Below, piece by piece: positions 18,341 to 28,309 of a DNA stretch of 64,000 bases (its first letter is position 1; every line of letters begins with the position of its first letter). Source of the stretch: Candidatus Daviesbacteria bacterium (GTDB lineage Bacteria; Patescibacteriota; Microgenomatia; Daviesbacterales; UBA10151); the NCBI GenBank assembly GCA_016176335.1, contig JACOXI010000003.1, positions 113,104 through 177,103 of the forward strand, in the 5' to 3' direction. The notes beneath the pieces are model-generated. The model did no database searches. It was not told the origin of the DNA and saw nothing but the letters and a program-made list of their open reading frames with translations. A program made the translations under genes and the position numbers.

Positions 18341-19384
18341 ATGGAATCGCACCCAATCCCACAAAATGTCACCACTTTCCAGTTCCACCTGGTTGGGGAT
18401 ATGACCTTAAAGCAATTTATATACCTTGCCACAGGCTCCGGATTAGCCTATTTTGTGTTTATTTTTTTTGTGGCGGATTATCCATATTTTGCTTGGCCGC
18501 TGATCTTGACTGCTGCCGGGTTGGGAACAGCTTTTGCCTTCTTGCCTATAAATTCCAGACCATTGGATTATTGGACTGCAGCTTTTTTAAAAGCAATTTA
18601 TTCACCCACCAAAAGAGTCTGGAAGAAAAATAATAAATCTTACCAGGAAGATCCTACCTTTAACAGCAGGCTTTTCACATATTTAGCAGGTCTTCAGCCT
18701 ATTCAACAGCAACCTGTACCTCCCGTCTATAATCCACCGCATGTTGCAAAGTCTGTCACCGCAGAAGCTCCACCCCTGCCCACCCCCGAACAGTTGGGAA
18801 AAACAGTTGATCTGGCAAGACAGGCACAAAACCTGCAAATGAAAATAATCCAAACCGAGCGAACCCTAAATCAGATTAAGACAGCCGCACAAAGTCCAAC
18901 CCAAATACCTGTTGATTACACGCAACAAGTTAATACCGTGCTGTCAGATTTGCAAAATCTGGTCACCCAAGCATCTCAAATCAAACAACAGATTGAGTTT
19001 GTTCATCAGCCTGAACCTACAAACACCCTTCCTTTGCCAATTGCCCCAAGGCCGAAGGTGACAGTAATTGTTCCTACCAAAGCAAAAGTGACCCAAGTGG
19101 CCCTGACCACATTCCCCAATGTCATAAACGGCATAGTTAAAGATGCCAATGCCAATTACCTGGAAGGAGTGGTGGTGGTAATTTATGATAAGGAAGGATT
19201 GCCTGTCAGAGCGCTGAAAACAAACAAATTAGGTCAGTTTACAGGTTCTACCCCCTTGCCAAACAGTATTTACACTGTTGAGCTGGAGAAAGATGGATTT
19301 GCTTTTGATGTTTTGCAGGTTGAATTAACAGGCACAACTTTACCGCCTTTAACAATTACGGCAAAGGGGCCGGGAGTTTCCTGA
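18341..19384 (+). CDS. PrgI (VirB3-like) protein with coiled coil and C-terminal beta-sandwich
   Basis: HPIPQNVTTFQFHLVGDMTLKQF; two TMs; RPLDYW..P.KRVW; RALKTNKLGQF. Confidence 0.85.
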   Translation: MESHPIPQNVTTFQFHLVGDMTLKQFIYLATGSGLAYFVFIFFVADYPYFAWPLILTAAGLGTAFAFLPINSRPLDYWTAAFLKAIYSPTKRVWKKNNKSYQEDPTFNSRLFTYLAGLQPIQQQPVPPVYNPPHVAKSVTAEAPPLPTPEQLGKTVDLARQAQNLQMKIIQTERTLNQIKTAAQSPTQIPVDYTQQVNTVLSDLQNLVTQASQIKQQIEFVHQPEPTNTLPLPIAPRPKVTVIVPTKAKVTQVALTTFPNVINGIVKDANANYLEGVVVVIYDKEGLPVRALKTNKLGQFTGSTPLPNSIYTVELEKDGFAFDVLQVELTGTTLPPLTITAKGPGVS

Positions 19385-19385
19385 A

Positions 19386-20135
19386 ATGAGTACAACGCAA
19401 CAACATCTGTCCATATCTGACATCAAAGACAATATAATTTTGCTAAAAGACGGCGGCGGGGCCTTGGTTTTGCAAATTTCCGCCGTAAACTTCAGGCTTC
19501 TATCTGAACGTGAGCAAATTGCCATCATCAGTAGCTTTGCCCAAATGTTAAACTCGCTTTCTTTTTCTATCCAAATCCTAATTTTTTCAGAAAGATTAAA
19601 TATCAACTCTTATCTTGTGCTTTTGGATAAAGCCCAAAAATTACAGTCTAATCCGATGCTTTCCAATATGATCATAAATTACCGCCAGTTTATCCAAAAT
19701 ACCATCAAGGAAAACGAGGTCCTGGATAAAAAATTCTATCTAGTGATCCCGCTTTTTAATCTGGAGCTGGGGCTTGCACCCACCAGAGTTATTTTGCAAC
19801 AAAAAATCAAAACCATACTGCTTCCCAGAAGAGATCAAATAATAAGACAGCTTTCAAGAGTGGGGCTGGCAGCAATCCAACTGAACACAAATGAGCTGAT
19901 TGAACTATTTTATGATATTTACAATGGCCAGTTTGTGGAAAGTATGGCCTCAAAGCCAATTAGCGCCGATACAATGCAGGTCCAATTAAACCAACCTCAA
20001 GAGGCTGTTAAAACTTCAACATACAAATCTCAAGTTGTTGATCAACCCCAAGCTCCGCTACAACCAAGCCCTGCTACTACCCAGTCATCAAGAACACACC
20101 CGTTTGTGGTGGAGGAGTTAGATGAAAATACCTAA
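19386..20135 (+). CDS. T4SS-associated protein resembling a VirB4/TraC N-terminal domain
   Basis: STQQHL.I.DIKD.IILLKDG..AVNF.LLSE.EQ..LNSLSFSIQI; between PrgI and VirB4. Confidence 0.7.
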   Translation: MSTTQQHLSISDIKDNIILLKDGGGALVLQISAVNFRLLSEREQIAIISSFAQMLNSLSFSIQILIFSERLNINSYLVLLDKAQKLQSNPMLSNMIINYRQFIQNTIKENEVLDKKFYLVIPLFNLELGLAPTRVILQQKIKTILLPRRDQIIRQLSRVGLAAIQLNTNELIELFYDIYNGQFVESMASKPISADTMQVQLNQPQEAVKTSTYKSQVVDQPQAPLQPSPATTQSSRTHPFVVEELDENT

Positions 20136-21879
20136 TCCTTTTAAAAAACAACCTGACGAGCAATCCACTCCTACCCAACTAACTATTGAGGATGTGCTTG
20201 CTCCGCAGGAGATTGAGGTTGATTTCCATAACTTAAGGATCAATGACCGTTTTTTTAGGACTTACTTTATCTCCAATTACCCGCGGTTTGTGGAACCGAA
20301 CTGGCTGGAGCCAATAATATCTTTTGATCACTCGCTTTTGATATCGATGTTTATATACCCTTCCCAATCTGCCGGTGTATTGGATGATTTAAAAAGAAAG
20401 ATTGCCGAGATGGAAGCAACAATACAAACGGATTTTGAGCGGGGAAGAGCCATAGACCCGTCTGTTGAGGTGGCTTTGGAAGACGCCAGGGGTTTACAGG
20501 AACAGTTGGTCAAAGGGGTTGAGAGATTTTTCCAGTTTGCCCTTTATGTGACCATTCCCTCCGCAAGCTTAGAAGAATTACACAATACCTCAAAACTGGT
20601 TGAATCAACGCTTGCATCTTTATCTATGAGCGCAAAAGTGACATCTTTGCAGATGGAAGACGGGTTCAAATCAACTCTCCCGCAAGGAACGGATTTGTTA
20701 AATCTAACCTATAATATGGACACTACCTCCTTGGCAACAACCTTTCCTTTTGCCTCATCGGAGCTGACAGCTAATGAAGGTATTATGTATGGAATCAACG
20801 AACATAATGATTCGCTCATACTTTTTGACAGGTTTAGCTTGGAGAACGCCAATTCTGTGATTTTTGCCAAAGCCGGAGCCGGGAAATCATATCTGGTTAA
20901 ACTTGAAGCCTTACGTTCTTTGATGTTTGGGACGGAGATTATTATCATCGATCCTGAACAGGAATACTTACCTTTATCGCAAGCTGTGGGAGGAGAATTT
21001 ATTAACTTTTCCGCCTCATCTCCTATTAAAATAAACCCGTTCGACTTAAATCCGCAACTGGCATCCGGTGAAAATGAGTTGGGGAGGAAAATTCTATCTT
21101 TGACCGCATTCTTAAAACTGGTTTTGGGTAATTTAAGCGCAACAGAGGCGGCAATACTGGACAGATCCTTAAAACAAACATACCAGCAAAAGGGAATTAC
21201 GGATGATCCTAAAACGCAAGATCGACAACCACCTTTAATGGAGGATTTGTACAAAGTTTTAATGGGCATGGAAGAACCATCTGCCCTGGAACTTGCGGCA
21301 AGATTGGAAAGATTTATTAAAGGCTCTTTGACCGGAATATTTTCTGCCCAATCAAATGTGGCAATTGCCAATGCCTTTACGGTTTTTTCGGTCAGAGACT
21401 TGCCGGACCAACTACGACCTTTGGCAATACACATGATTTTGGAGTATGTTTGGACCAAAATAAGAAGCAGGCTTAAAAAAAGAATCCTGATTGTTGATGA
21501 AGCCTGGTATCTGATGAGAAATGCTGACAGCGCAGATTTTTTGGTGGATATGGCCAAAAGGTCAAGAAAATACTATTTGGGTTTAACCACTATAACGCAG
21601 GATGTTGAGGATTTTTTGACAACGGAGAGAGGAAAAGAAATCATCTCAAATTCCTCAATTCAAGTTCTTTTAAAACAAGCGCCTGTTTCAATTGACCTTT
21701 TGGCCAAGGTGTTTAATCTGTCCGAGGGCGAACAAAGACTGCTGCTGTCAGAGGGAATAGGACAAGGATTGTTTTTTGCAGGCAATACTCATGTTGCCAT
21801 GAGAGTGGTTGCCTCACCGAAGGAACACCAACTCATCACCTCAAACCCGCAAGAGATTTTGGCAAGACAAAGTGTTTAA
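20122..21879 (+). CDS. VirB4-like secretion ATPase
   Basis: Walker A AKAGAGKS, IIIDPEQEY, INPFD, Walker B LIVDEAW, RSRKY..ITQDVEDF. Confidence 0.92.
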   Translation: MKIPNPFKKQPDEQSTPTQLTIEDVLAPQEIEVDFHNLRINDRFFRTYFISNYPRFVEPNWLEPIISFDHSLLISMFIYPSQSAGVLDDLKRKIAEMEATIQTDFERGRAIDPSVEVALEDARGLQEQLVKGVERFFQFALYVTIPSASLEELHNTSKLVESTLASLSMSAKVTSLQMEDGFKSTLPQGTDLLNLTYNMDTTSLATTFPFASSELTANEGIMYGINEHNDSLILFDRFSLENANSVIFAKAGAGKSYLVKLEALRSLMFGTEIIIIDPEQEYLPLSQAVGGEFINFSASSPIKINPFDLNPQLASGENELGRKILSLTAFLKLVLGNLSATEAAILDRSLKQTYQQKGITDDPKTQDRQPPLMEDLYKVLMGMEEPSALELAARLERFIKGSLTGIFSAQSNVAIANAFTVFSVRDLPDQLRPLAIHMILEYVWTKIRSRLKKRILIVDEAWYLMRNADSADFLVDMAKRSRKYYLGLTTITQDVEDFLTTERGKEIISNSSIQVLLKQAPVSIDLLAKVFNLSEGEQRLLLSEGIGQGLFFAGNTHVAMRVVASPKEHQLITSNPQEILARQSV

Positions 21880-21894
21880 TGATACTCTACTAAT

Positions 21895-24135
21895 ATGGCT
21901 GGTCAAGATGTTAATTTTTATAAATATCTAGAAGCTGCTTTTAGGTTTAAATTATTTAATCCCGAAGGTCAAAGAGCCGGTTTTGATACTCATTTTAATC
22001 ACTTAAATTATAACCTGACTTACAAGCAGATTTTCTTTTATGCCAGAAAAATTCTGCCCAAATTTTATACCAGTGAATTCCCCGATACTGAAGAAGGTAA
22101 TCTGCAAATGGCCAAAAAGGTTTTGGAACAGCTGGACAAACATCAAGATACCCAGCTTGAGAATCAATTTAAATCAGTTACTGTTTCAGAGGAAAATACT
22201 CAAATCATAACTGAAGCGCAAGCACAGTCACAACAAACTGAAGCGATATCCACACAAACACCAGTTGGTACATCCGAAGGTATGATGAGTGGGCCAGGTT
22301 TACCTTCTGCTCCATCTAAATCTTTCGGGCCGCGGCGTGTTTTTATTGCCAACCAGACCCCTCCACCTGCAGGAGGCATGGAGGGAGGAATAGGCCAAGG
22401 CACGGCTGCTACTAATAAAGCAAATGCCAAAGCAAGCAGGCTGGAAGCTGAAACAAACCGGCTAAATGTGCAAACTGCTGCTCCCCGAAGATTTAACTGG
22501 GGTGGCTTTAAAATACCTGCCTCATTTACAAATGCAGCCAAAAATTTTGGTTCTGAGTCCCAAAGATTTATCGGTACAAATTTAGGGAGAATTGGCAAGG
22601 GTCTTGGAGAAATAGCCGGAGGATTAGGCAGAGGGATTGCCGGCCCTGCTCTTACCGGTACATACAATCTCCTGGGAAAAGCAGGCAGTGGCAGCCTTAA
22701 TGCTTTTGAAAGAATAACCAGACCAGGAGGCACAGGAGGAGGCGGAATAGGCAGAGGATTATCCAAATCCTCAAACAAATTAGCCTGGGGTTTGATCGGG
22801 ATAATGTTGTTTTTTGTCTTATTCGGCAGTATGTTAGGCGGCCTGGCAGGAACTACACCCACCGGTCAAGCCAGCCCAATTGGATCCATTGGATCTTTTG
22901 ATATTAGTAGTTGTAAATTTACAAGAGGCCAAGAAAATCCCAAAGAAGCCACTTTTAAAAGCAATAAACTTCTTTCGTATATTCAAGAGGCATCCCAAAA
23001 ATCAAACATCCCTCCTGCAGTACTTGCAGCCTTTATCAGGGTAGAGTCCCCCTCTTCATCCAATATGTCAGACGATCAGATTTCCAATTATTCTGCAAAT
23101 TGTGTACAAAGCTCTACAGGAGCACTGGGAATTATGCAGATCCAACCTTCTGGTACAACTTCTGCTAGAGGAGACCCGGCAAGTTGCGATGACTGCATTG
23201 ATGCGGGAGCCAAACTGATGGGTAAAACTGTTTCCACTATGACTAGGCAGGATTATTGTGATCCAAGAACAAATATCATTGTAGGAGCTGGTTGGATTTT
23301 AAAAAAAATGAGCAAATTAGGTTATGGCGATAGCACAAAATGGGATACTGCATGGACTAATGACAGAAAAGCAATTGAAGCCTTGGTCAATACTTACTAT
23401 GGATGCTTGCAATATGGAGACGCAACAAAAGACTGCGCCGGCCCCTATAACTATGCCGATGATGTTTCCACTAGTATCCAAAACTGCCAAGCGCAATCCC
23501 AAACAGTTCCGCCCCCACTAGCAGATGGAAATTATAAAAAATGGGTTCAGGATTTTGGAATCAATATTAATGACGGCTTTGTGCCGGATGTTTATAAATG
23601 GGCTTATGAAGTTTTAGCTTCTACATCTAGTATAGCGCCCAAATTTAAAGACCGCCTGGGTAGTACTCTCATTGAGATCAAACCAACCTGCGATATTTCC
23701 AAAACTAGCGGACGGATAATCTTTCTAAGAAATAAAATTCAATTCTGTCCCGGAGCAACTAAAGATGGGCCAACCGCTGATGAAAAACTGTTTAAACAAG
23801 TCTTTATTCACGAACTGGGACATATTATTAATGGATCATCCAGACCAGGCAAATATGGAGATCAAATCAAACAAGCTATTGCTGCTGAGGGATATCTCAC
23901 TGCTTATTCTCAAAAAGCAGCTACTGCAGATGATGAAATCTGCGGAGCCGCCGACTTAAATACCAGAGCTGATGAAGACTTTGCAGAAAGTATCTCTTAC
24001 TTTGTTAACCAAGGAATCAAAGAACAAGATTATGGGTGTGGTACAAACCTTAATCAAAACCCCATCTATGCTCAAGATAACAATCATCCTTTATACCTTA
24101 AGCATATTCAACTAATGATTGATTTGTTAAGATAA
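21895..24135 (+). CDS. Membrane-anchored lytic-transglycosylase-like domain fused to a zincin metallopeptidase
   Basis: TM; PPAVLAAFIRVES..SSTGALGIMQI (SLT motifs); HELGH and EDFAES. Confidence 0.75.
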   Translation: MAGQDVNFYKYLEAAFRFKLFNPEGQRAGFDTHFNHLNYNLTYKQIFFYARKILPKFYTSEFPDTEEGNLQMAKKVLEQLDKHQDTQLENQFKSVTVSEENTQIITEAQAQSQQTEAISTQTPVGTSEGMMSGPGLPSAPSKSFGPRRVFIANQTPPPAGGMEGGIGQGTAATNKANAKASRLEAETNRLNVQTAAPRRFNWGGFKIPASFTNAAKNFGSESQRFIGTNLGRIGKGLGEIAGGLGRGIAGPALTGTYNLLGKAGSGSLNAFERITRPGGTGGGGIGRGLSKSSNKLAWGLIGIMLFFVLFGSMLGGLAGTTPTGQASPIGSIGSFDISSCKFTRGQENPKEATFKSNKLLSYIQEASQKSNIPPAVLAAFIRVESPSSSNMSDDQISNYSANCVQSSTGALGIMQIQPSGTTSARGDPASCDDCIDAGAKLMGKTVSTMTRQDYCDPRTNIIVGAGWILKKMSKLGYGDSTKWDTAWTNDRKAIEALVNTYYGCLQYGDATKDCAGPYNYADDVSTSIQNCQAQSQTVPPPLADGNYKKWVQDFGININDGFVPDVYKWAYEVLASTSSIAPKFKDRLGSTLIEIKPTCDISKTSGRIIFLRNKIQFCPGATKDGPTADEKLFKQVFIHELGHIINGSSRPGKYGDQIKQAIAAEGYLTAYSQKAATADDEICGAADLNTRADEDFAESISYFVNQGIKEQDYGCGTNLNQNPIYAQDNNHPLYLKHIQLMIDLLR

Positions 24136-24143
24136 AACTTACA

Positions 24144-24611
24144 ATGAGGCAAAAAACAATAGTTATATTGGGGATTTTGGGAGCGATAATTTTACTGTTA
24201 ATCTCTCAAAAAGTTTTGCTTGTCAGACCGATTTCTCTTCCATCCGGCACCCAGCCATCATCAACGCCTTCCCAGAACTCAACTCAACCAAATGAATCCC
24301 CCAAAATTTTATCCACCAAACCAGATCCTTTGGATCAGGCTGTTATATCATCGGATCAGCAGATTGAAATTGTATTTAACAGAGGCTTGGAAAACGAGGG
24401 CGAGTTTAAGATCAGAATAGAACCAAAAGTAAAGTATAAAATAACTCTTTCCGGGGATCATAAAACCGCCAAAATTACCCCAGAGGAATCATATGAGCTG
24501 GGAGTTGGCTACACCATGTTTATCACAGGAGATACCAAATTCGAAGGTGTGGGGCCTTGGGGGGAGGAAAAAACCTTCCATTTCCAAACCATAAAATACA
24601 GAGGTATCTAA
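24144..24611 (+). CDS. Membrane-anchored Ig-like (Big_5-type) protein
   Basis: N-terminal TM, P/S/T linker, PKILSTKP..IEIVFN..F.FQT. Confidence 0.75.
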   Translation: MRQKTIVILGILGAIILLLISQKVLLVRPISLPSGTQPSSTPSQNSTQPNESPKILSTKPDPLDQAVISSDQQIEIVFNRGLENEGEFKIRIEPKVKYKITLSGDHKTAKITPEESYELGVGYTMFITGDTKFEGVGPWGEEKTFHFQTIKYRGI

Positions 24612-25708
24612 TTGGTCCTGACCGGCATTACAATATATTCCAACCCCTCAACTCCGACAGGTTTTACTCGCGCAGCAGAAAGAGATCCTGAAAATTCAAT
24701 CATAATTTGTAAAGACGGAGAATTTGTCACTGCATCCAGCAAAAACTTTGAATTAAAAGCAATCTGAAGGTTGTCACCCTCAACATTTGCCTCAATCTCG
24801 TTTTGTTGGCTGCCCAATTCTTTGGCAGAGGATTCGATTTTCATTCTGCTTTTTTCCAGGGTCAAAATAACAATATTGGTTTCGTTTTTGGCAAAAACAG
24901 CTGCCAATTTTACGGCCTTTAAAAGCTCTTCTTTATCCACCATCACTCTTGTGACTATTTCTGTCGGGATGATTTTTTCCCAAGAGGGGAATTGACCTTC
25001 AATCAGCCTGGAGGAAAGTAATGTTTTCCCTAAATTAAAAACCACCTGGTTTTGATCACTAGAGGCTGCAAGCTCAATCTTATCCACCTCTGTTTCCGAA
25101 ATAATCCGCAATACTTCCTCAAATGTTCTTCTTGGGATCAAGCTTTTAAACTGAATCTCTTTACCTTGAAGTTTAACTCTCCTGTGAGCCAGCCTAAAGC
25201 CGTCTGTTGCCACAAAATCAACCTTTCCCCCTGAAACATCAGTCAAAACTCCTGTTAAAACAGGACGCCCTTCGTCAACAGCCGCTGCAAAAAGGATTTG
25301 GGAAGAAGACAAAACTATTTCTTTTGACAGCTCTACCCCGTCTTTGGCAGATAAAGGAATAGCAGGGAATTCTGTTGCCGGAATACAGTTTATACTAGCC
25401 TTAAACTTGTTGCTTTCAACCACCAGACCCTCTCCTTCTGTTGTAACAGTCACTTTGGATTGACCCAAGCCGGAGACCAGTTCAATCAGGGTTTTTGCGG
25501 GAACCGTGATACTGCCTTCCTCAAAAACCTCCACATTAATAGACCGTATAACCCCAATCTCCAAATTGGTGGCAGCAACTTTCAGCTTTTTACCTTCTGT
25601 CGAAAGCAGAATATTATCCAAAACAGGCAGGGTGGATCTTATTCCTACAGACCTCCCGACAGCTTGCAAGTGCGGCAATAAATCCTGTTGTAAAGTGGAA
25701 AATTTCAT
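24608..25708 (-). CDS. dnaN: DNA polymerase III beta clamp
   Basis: TLPVLDNILL, ATNLEIG, RPVLTGV, VATDGFRLA, SRLIEGQFP, YIVMPVR. Confidence 0.98.
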   Translation of the reverse strand: MKFSTLQQDLLPHLQAVGRSVGIRSTLPVLDNILLSTEGKKLKVAATNLEIGVIRSINVEVFEEGSITVPAKTLIELVSGLGQSKVTVTTEGEGLVVESNKFKASINCIPATEFPAIPLSAKDGVELSKEIVLSSSQILFAAAVDEGRPVLTGVLTDVSGGKVDFVATDGFRLAHRRVKLQGKEIQFKSLIPRRTFEEVLRIISETEVDKIELAASSDQNQVVFNLGKTLLSSRLIEGQFPSWEKIIPTEIVTRVMVDKEELLKAVKLAAVFAKNETNIVILTLEKSRMKIESSAKELGSQQNEIEANVEGDNLQIAFNSKFLLDAVTNSPSLQIMIEFSGSLSAARVKPVGVEGLEYIVMPVRTN

Positions 25709-26166
25709 TCCCGACCTTCTTTCTTGGCAGTAACAAATTTTTGTATCTCTTCTTCGGTAACCTTTATTAATCTGAAGTTAACACGACCGGCAGCAATTAG
25801 GTTTTTAATGTGTTTTTCCTCGTCTGTCAAGAGGAAACTTTGTCCACTCTTTACTTCGATAAAATCAATTTTGTCCCCGTTTTTTATACCGATAAAATCA
25901 ATAGGCCAGCCAAGCGGGATGATTCTGTCGTAATCATAGCGTAGTTCGGCGTAGGTCAAAAGTTCTGCCATTCTTCCTTTTTGAGGGTTGATAGAACCCT
26001 GAATTGTTTGTAAAATCCTCAAAGGTAAATCCTGCACTCCTTTGTACAAATCTATTAAATCTTGTGGTATATCGGTTTTCCCTCTTCCGTGTAGTCTTCC
26101 AAAAAGATAAGTAATGATAAGTGCTGAGACAATTAAGATGATAACAACCCAGTTAAAATTATCCAC
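25705..26166 (-). CDS. Membrane-anchored PD-(D/E)XK endonuclease, Holliday-junction-resolvase-like
   Basis: N-terminal TM; G..AE, LGWPIDFI, FIEVKSG, LT.EE..IK..I. Confidence 0.75.
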   Translation of the reverse strand: MDNFNWVVIILIVSALIITYLFGRLHGRGKTDIPQDLIDLYKGVQDLPLRILQTIQGSINPQKGRMAELLTYAELRYDYDRIIPLGWPIDFIGIKNGDKIDFIEVKSGQSFLLTDEEKHIKNLIAAGRVNFRLIKVTEEEIQKFVTAKKEGRE

Positions 26167-26189
26167 CGCGTCTTCCGATTATACTACAG

Positions 26190-26340
26190 CTTATTAATAT
26201 TAATAGTAGTAAATAATATGTTCGGTGGATATGTTGAGAACTTAAAACTTTGTGTTTGGGATTCGCCAAAAATTCGTGTTGATGCTCGGTTTATTTTTAG
26301 TGGATAACTTGTGGACAAACTAATTTGTATGTGGATAAAT
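26190..26340. other. oriC, dnaA-downstream part (DnaA boxes, AT-rich unwinding element, DnaA-trio-like tract)
   Basis: TGTGGATAA 26330-26338, TGTGGACAA 26310-26318, AGTGGATAA 26299-26307; TAATAGTAGTAA in AT-rich 26191-26220; by eye the + strand goes from C/A-rich to G/T-rich across this region. Confidence 0.85.
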
Positions 26341-26343
26341 CAG

Positions 26344-27660
26344 TTAATTTGTAATTCTGTTTTTTATCTCAATAAGCATCCGCTGTACTTCTCTGTCTGT
26401 GGCGACAAGTTTTTTTATCTTGTCCCTGCCGTGCATGACAGTGGTATGGTCCCTGCCGCCTAAAATTTGTCCGATTCTTTCAACAGTCATTTTAAGATGT
26501 TCGCTTAAGATAAACATGGTGATGTGTCTTGGTAAGACCAACTCTTTTTGTCTTTTGGAGCCGGCCAGTTCTTTTTGAGTCAGGTTGAAGTAACCGCATA
26601 CTGTTGCCAAGACCTGTTTAGAGTCAACCTTGGGGTTGTTTTTGGGGGGGCTTTGTAAATACCTGCCTATATTTTCTGTTGTAGGAGGTAAATTTTGAGT
26701 TTTTAACATCTGTAAAATCCCAACAAGTTTCCCCTCAAGCTCTCTGATATTGGTATCAAAAGATGAGGCTAAAAGCTGCAGGGCTTCTTCTTCCAAAATT
26801 ACTCCTTGTTCCAAGCATTTTGCCCGGAGAATTGCCACCCGGGTGTCAAAATCAGGTTGTTGTATATCAATCATTAAGCCTCCGGCAAAGCGTGATTTTA
26901 ATCTGTCTTCGATTTTTGCTATTTCGTTGGGAGATCTGTCAGATGTTAAAACTATCTGGGAGTTTTTGCCGATTAGTTCGTTAAATGTATGAAAAAACTC
27001 CTCCTGTGTTCCTTCTCTGCCTGAAAAGAATTGGATGTCATCTACCAACAGAACATCCGAAGAACGGTATTTTTTTCTTAAATCCCCCATTTTATGAGTT
27101 TGTATGGCCTCAACATAATCGTTCATAAATTTTTCAGAAGAGCAGTAAATAATTTTGCCATGAGGTTTCTTAGATAAAATTGCATTGCCGATACCAAGCA
27201 TAAGATGCGTTTTGCCAACACCGGTTCCGCCATAAATAAACAAAGGATTGTATGATGCTCCGGGGCTTGTGACAACTGCCAAAGCTGCGGCATATGCAAC
27301 ATTGTTGGAAGGCCCCACCACAAAATTTTCCAAGCTATATTTGGGGTTTAGGTAAGAAGTTTGCCTTTGTGCCGGCTGGAAAAAATCTTCATCGTTCGTT
27401 TCTGGTTGTTTATCAACCTCTTTTACAATAAACTCAACATTTATTTTTTTATCTAAAAGTTTTTCAAAAGTATCCGCAATAATTTCTTTATATTTTTGCT
27501 GCAGAGTTTCTTTTATAAAAGCTGAAGGCGTGCTTAAAATAATTTTGTCCCCCACATAACTTTTTACAGTGGTTTTTATAAAATAGGCCTTAAAATTATC
27601 AGCTCCTGCCAAGGGTTTGATAAGTTGTAAAAATTTATGCCAGAGCCTTAAATTATCCAT
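26344..27660 (-). CDS. dnaA: Chromosomal replication initiator DnaA
   Basis: YNPLFIYGGTGVGKTHL, LLVDDIQF, QEEFFHTFN, RLKSRF, GGRDHTTVMH. Confidence 0.99.
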   Translation of the reverse strand: MDNLRLWHKFLQLIKPLAGADNFKAYFIKTTVKSYVGDKIILSTPSAFIKETLQQKYKEIIADTFEKLLDKKINVEFIVKEVDKQPETNDEDFFQPAQRQTSYLNPKYSLENFVVGPSNNVAYAAALAVVTSPGASYNPLFIYGGTGVGKTHLMLGIGNAILSKKPHGKIIYCSSEKFMNDYVEAIQTHKMGDLRKKYRSSDVLLVDDIQFFSGREGTQEEFFHTFNELIGKNSQIVLTSDRSPNEIAKIEDRLKSRFAGGLMIDIQQPDFDTRVAILRAKCLEQGVILEEEALQLLASSFDTNIRELEGKLVGILQMLKTQNLPPTTENIGRYLQSPPKNNPKVDSKQVLATVCGYFNLTQKELAGSKRQKELVLPRHITMFILSEHLKMTVERIGQILGGRDHTTVMHGRDKIKKLVATDREVQRMLIEIKNRITN

Positions 27661-27679
27661 GGTTCGGTAAACTCTTCAC

Positions 27680-27715
27680 ATGTGTGGAAAACTTATCCAC
27701 AATTTAATCCACAAA
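27680..27715. promoter_or_regulatory. DnaA-box cluster upstream of dnaA
   Basis: TGTGGAAAA 27683, TTATCCACA 27693, TAATCCACA 27705. Confidence 0.85.
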
Positions 27716-27815
27716 ATAAAAAGAGGCAATATGCAGAAACTATTAAAAAGTAGATCAAAAATTTTTATTAGGAAAATATTGGATAAACCACTAAAGTCTG
27801 TTATAATTTTTCTTG

Positions 27816-28085
27816 ATGGACGAATCGAAGCCTGTTGGAAGCCAACAAATAACGGTAAGAGTTCCGGATAGTGTTGGGGGTGGAGTTTACGCAACCGTGG
27901 TTAAAGTGAACATAACGGATAATGAGGTTGTATTAGATTTTATCTTCAATACAAATAATCCAGGGGAACAAGCAATGCTGGTTAGTAGGACTGTAGTTTC
28001 TATCAAGACGGCGCAGCAATTATCTGATATACTAGAAGCCCTTCTTAGGAAACGAGAGCATGCATTGAAAGGAGATGAAAAATGA
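27816..28085 (+). CDS. DUF3467-like protein
   Basis: PDSVGGGVYA..V.IT.NEVVLDF..LVSR.VVS. Confidence 0.8.
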   Translation: MDESKPVGSQQITVRVPDSVGGGVYATVVKVNITDNEVVLDFIFNTNNPGEQAMLVSRTVVSIKTAQQLSDILEALLRKREHALKGDEK

Positions 28086-28300
28086 CACAAGTAATGATTG
28101 TACCTACGAATATCGGGAAAATAAACTATAAACCCTCTTTAAATCAATACACCCTTACATACCCAGCAGCAGTCGATCCTGAAACCCGCAAAGATTTAAG
28201 CGACAAAAAACACCTGTCTGCTGTTAAAAGCGCGAGAAAGGATTACGGAAAAGGATTATTAGTAGAAGAGGATAAGATTATTAAAAAGCTAAAGGGTTAA
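28082..28300 (+). CDS. Putative antitoxin
   Basis: 72 aa, overlaps the upstream stop, precedes a RelE-like toxin; DPET..DL..AVKSARKDY.KG. Confidence 0.65.
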   Translation: MTQVMIVPTNIGKINYKPSLNQYTLTYPAAVDPETRKDLSDKKHLSAVKSARKDYGKGLLVEEDKIIKKLKG

Positions 28301-28309
28301 CGGTTAAAA

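Noticed and set aside
20709-22862. Long antisense ORFs (282 aa and 220 aa), and similar ones at 34054-34788 and 54698-55201
   Set aside because: They are mirror-frame shadows of well-supported genes, with no motifs of their own.
5139-24611. Integrative conjugative element or prophage
   Set aside because: No integrase, relaxase, att repeats or phage structural genes; the locus abuts core dnaN.
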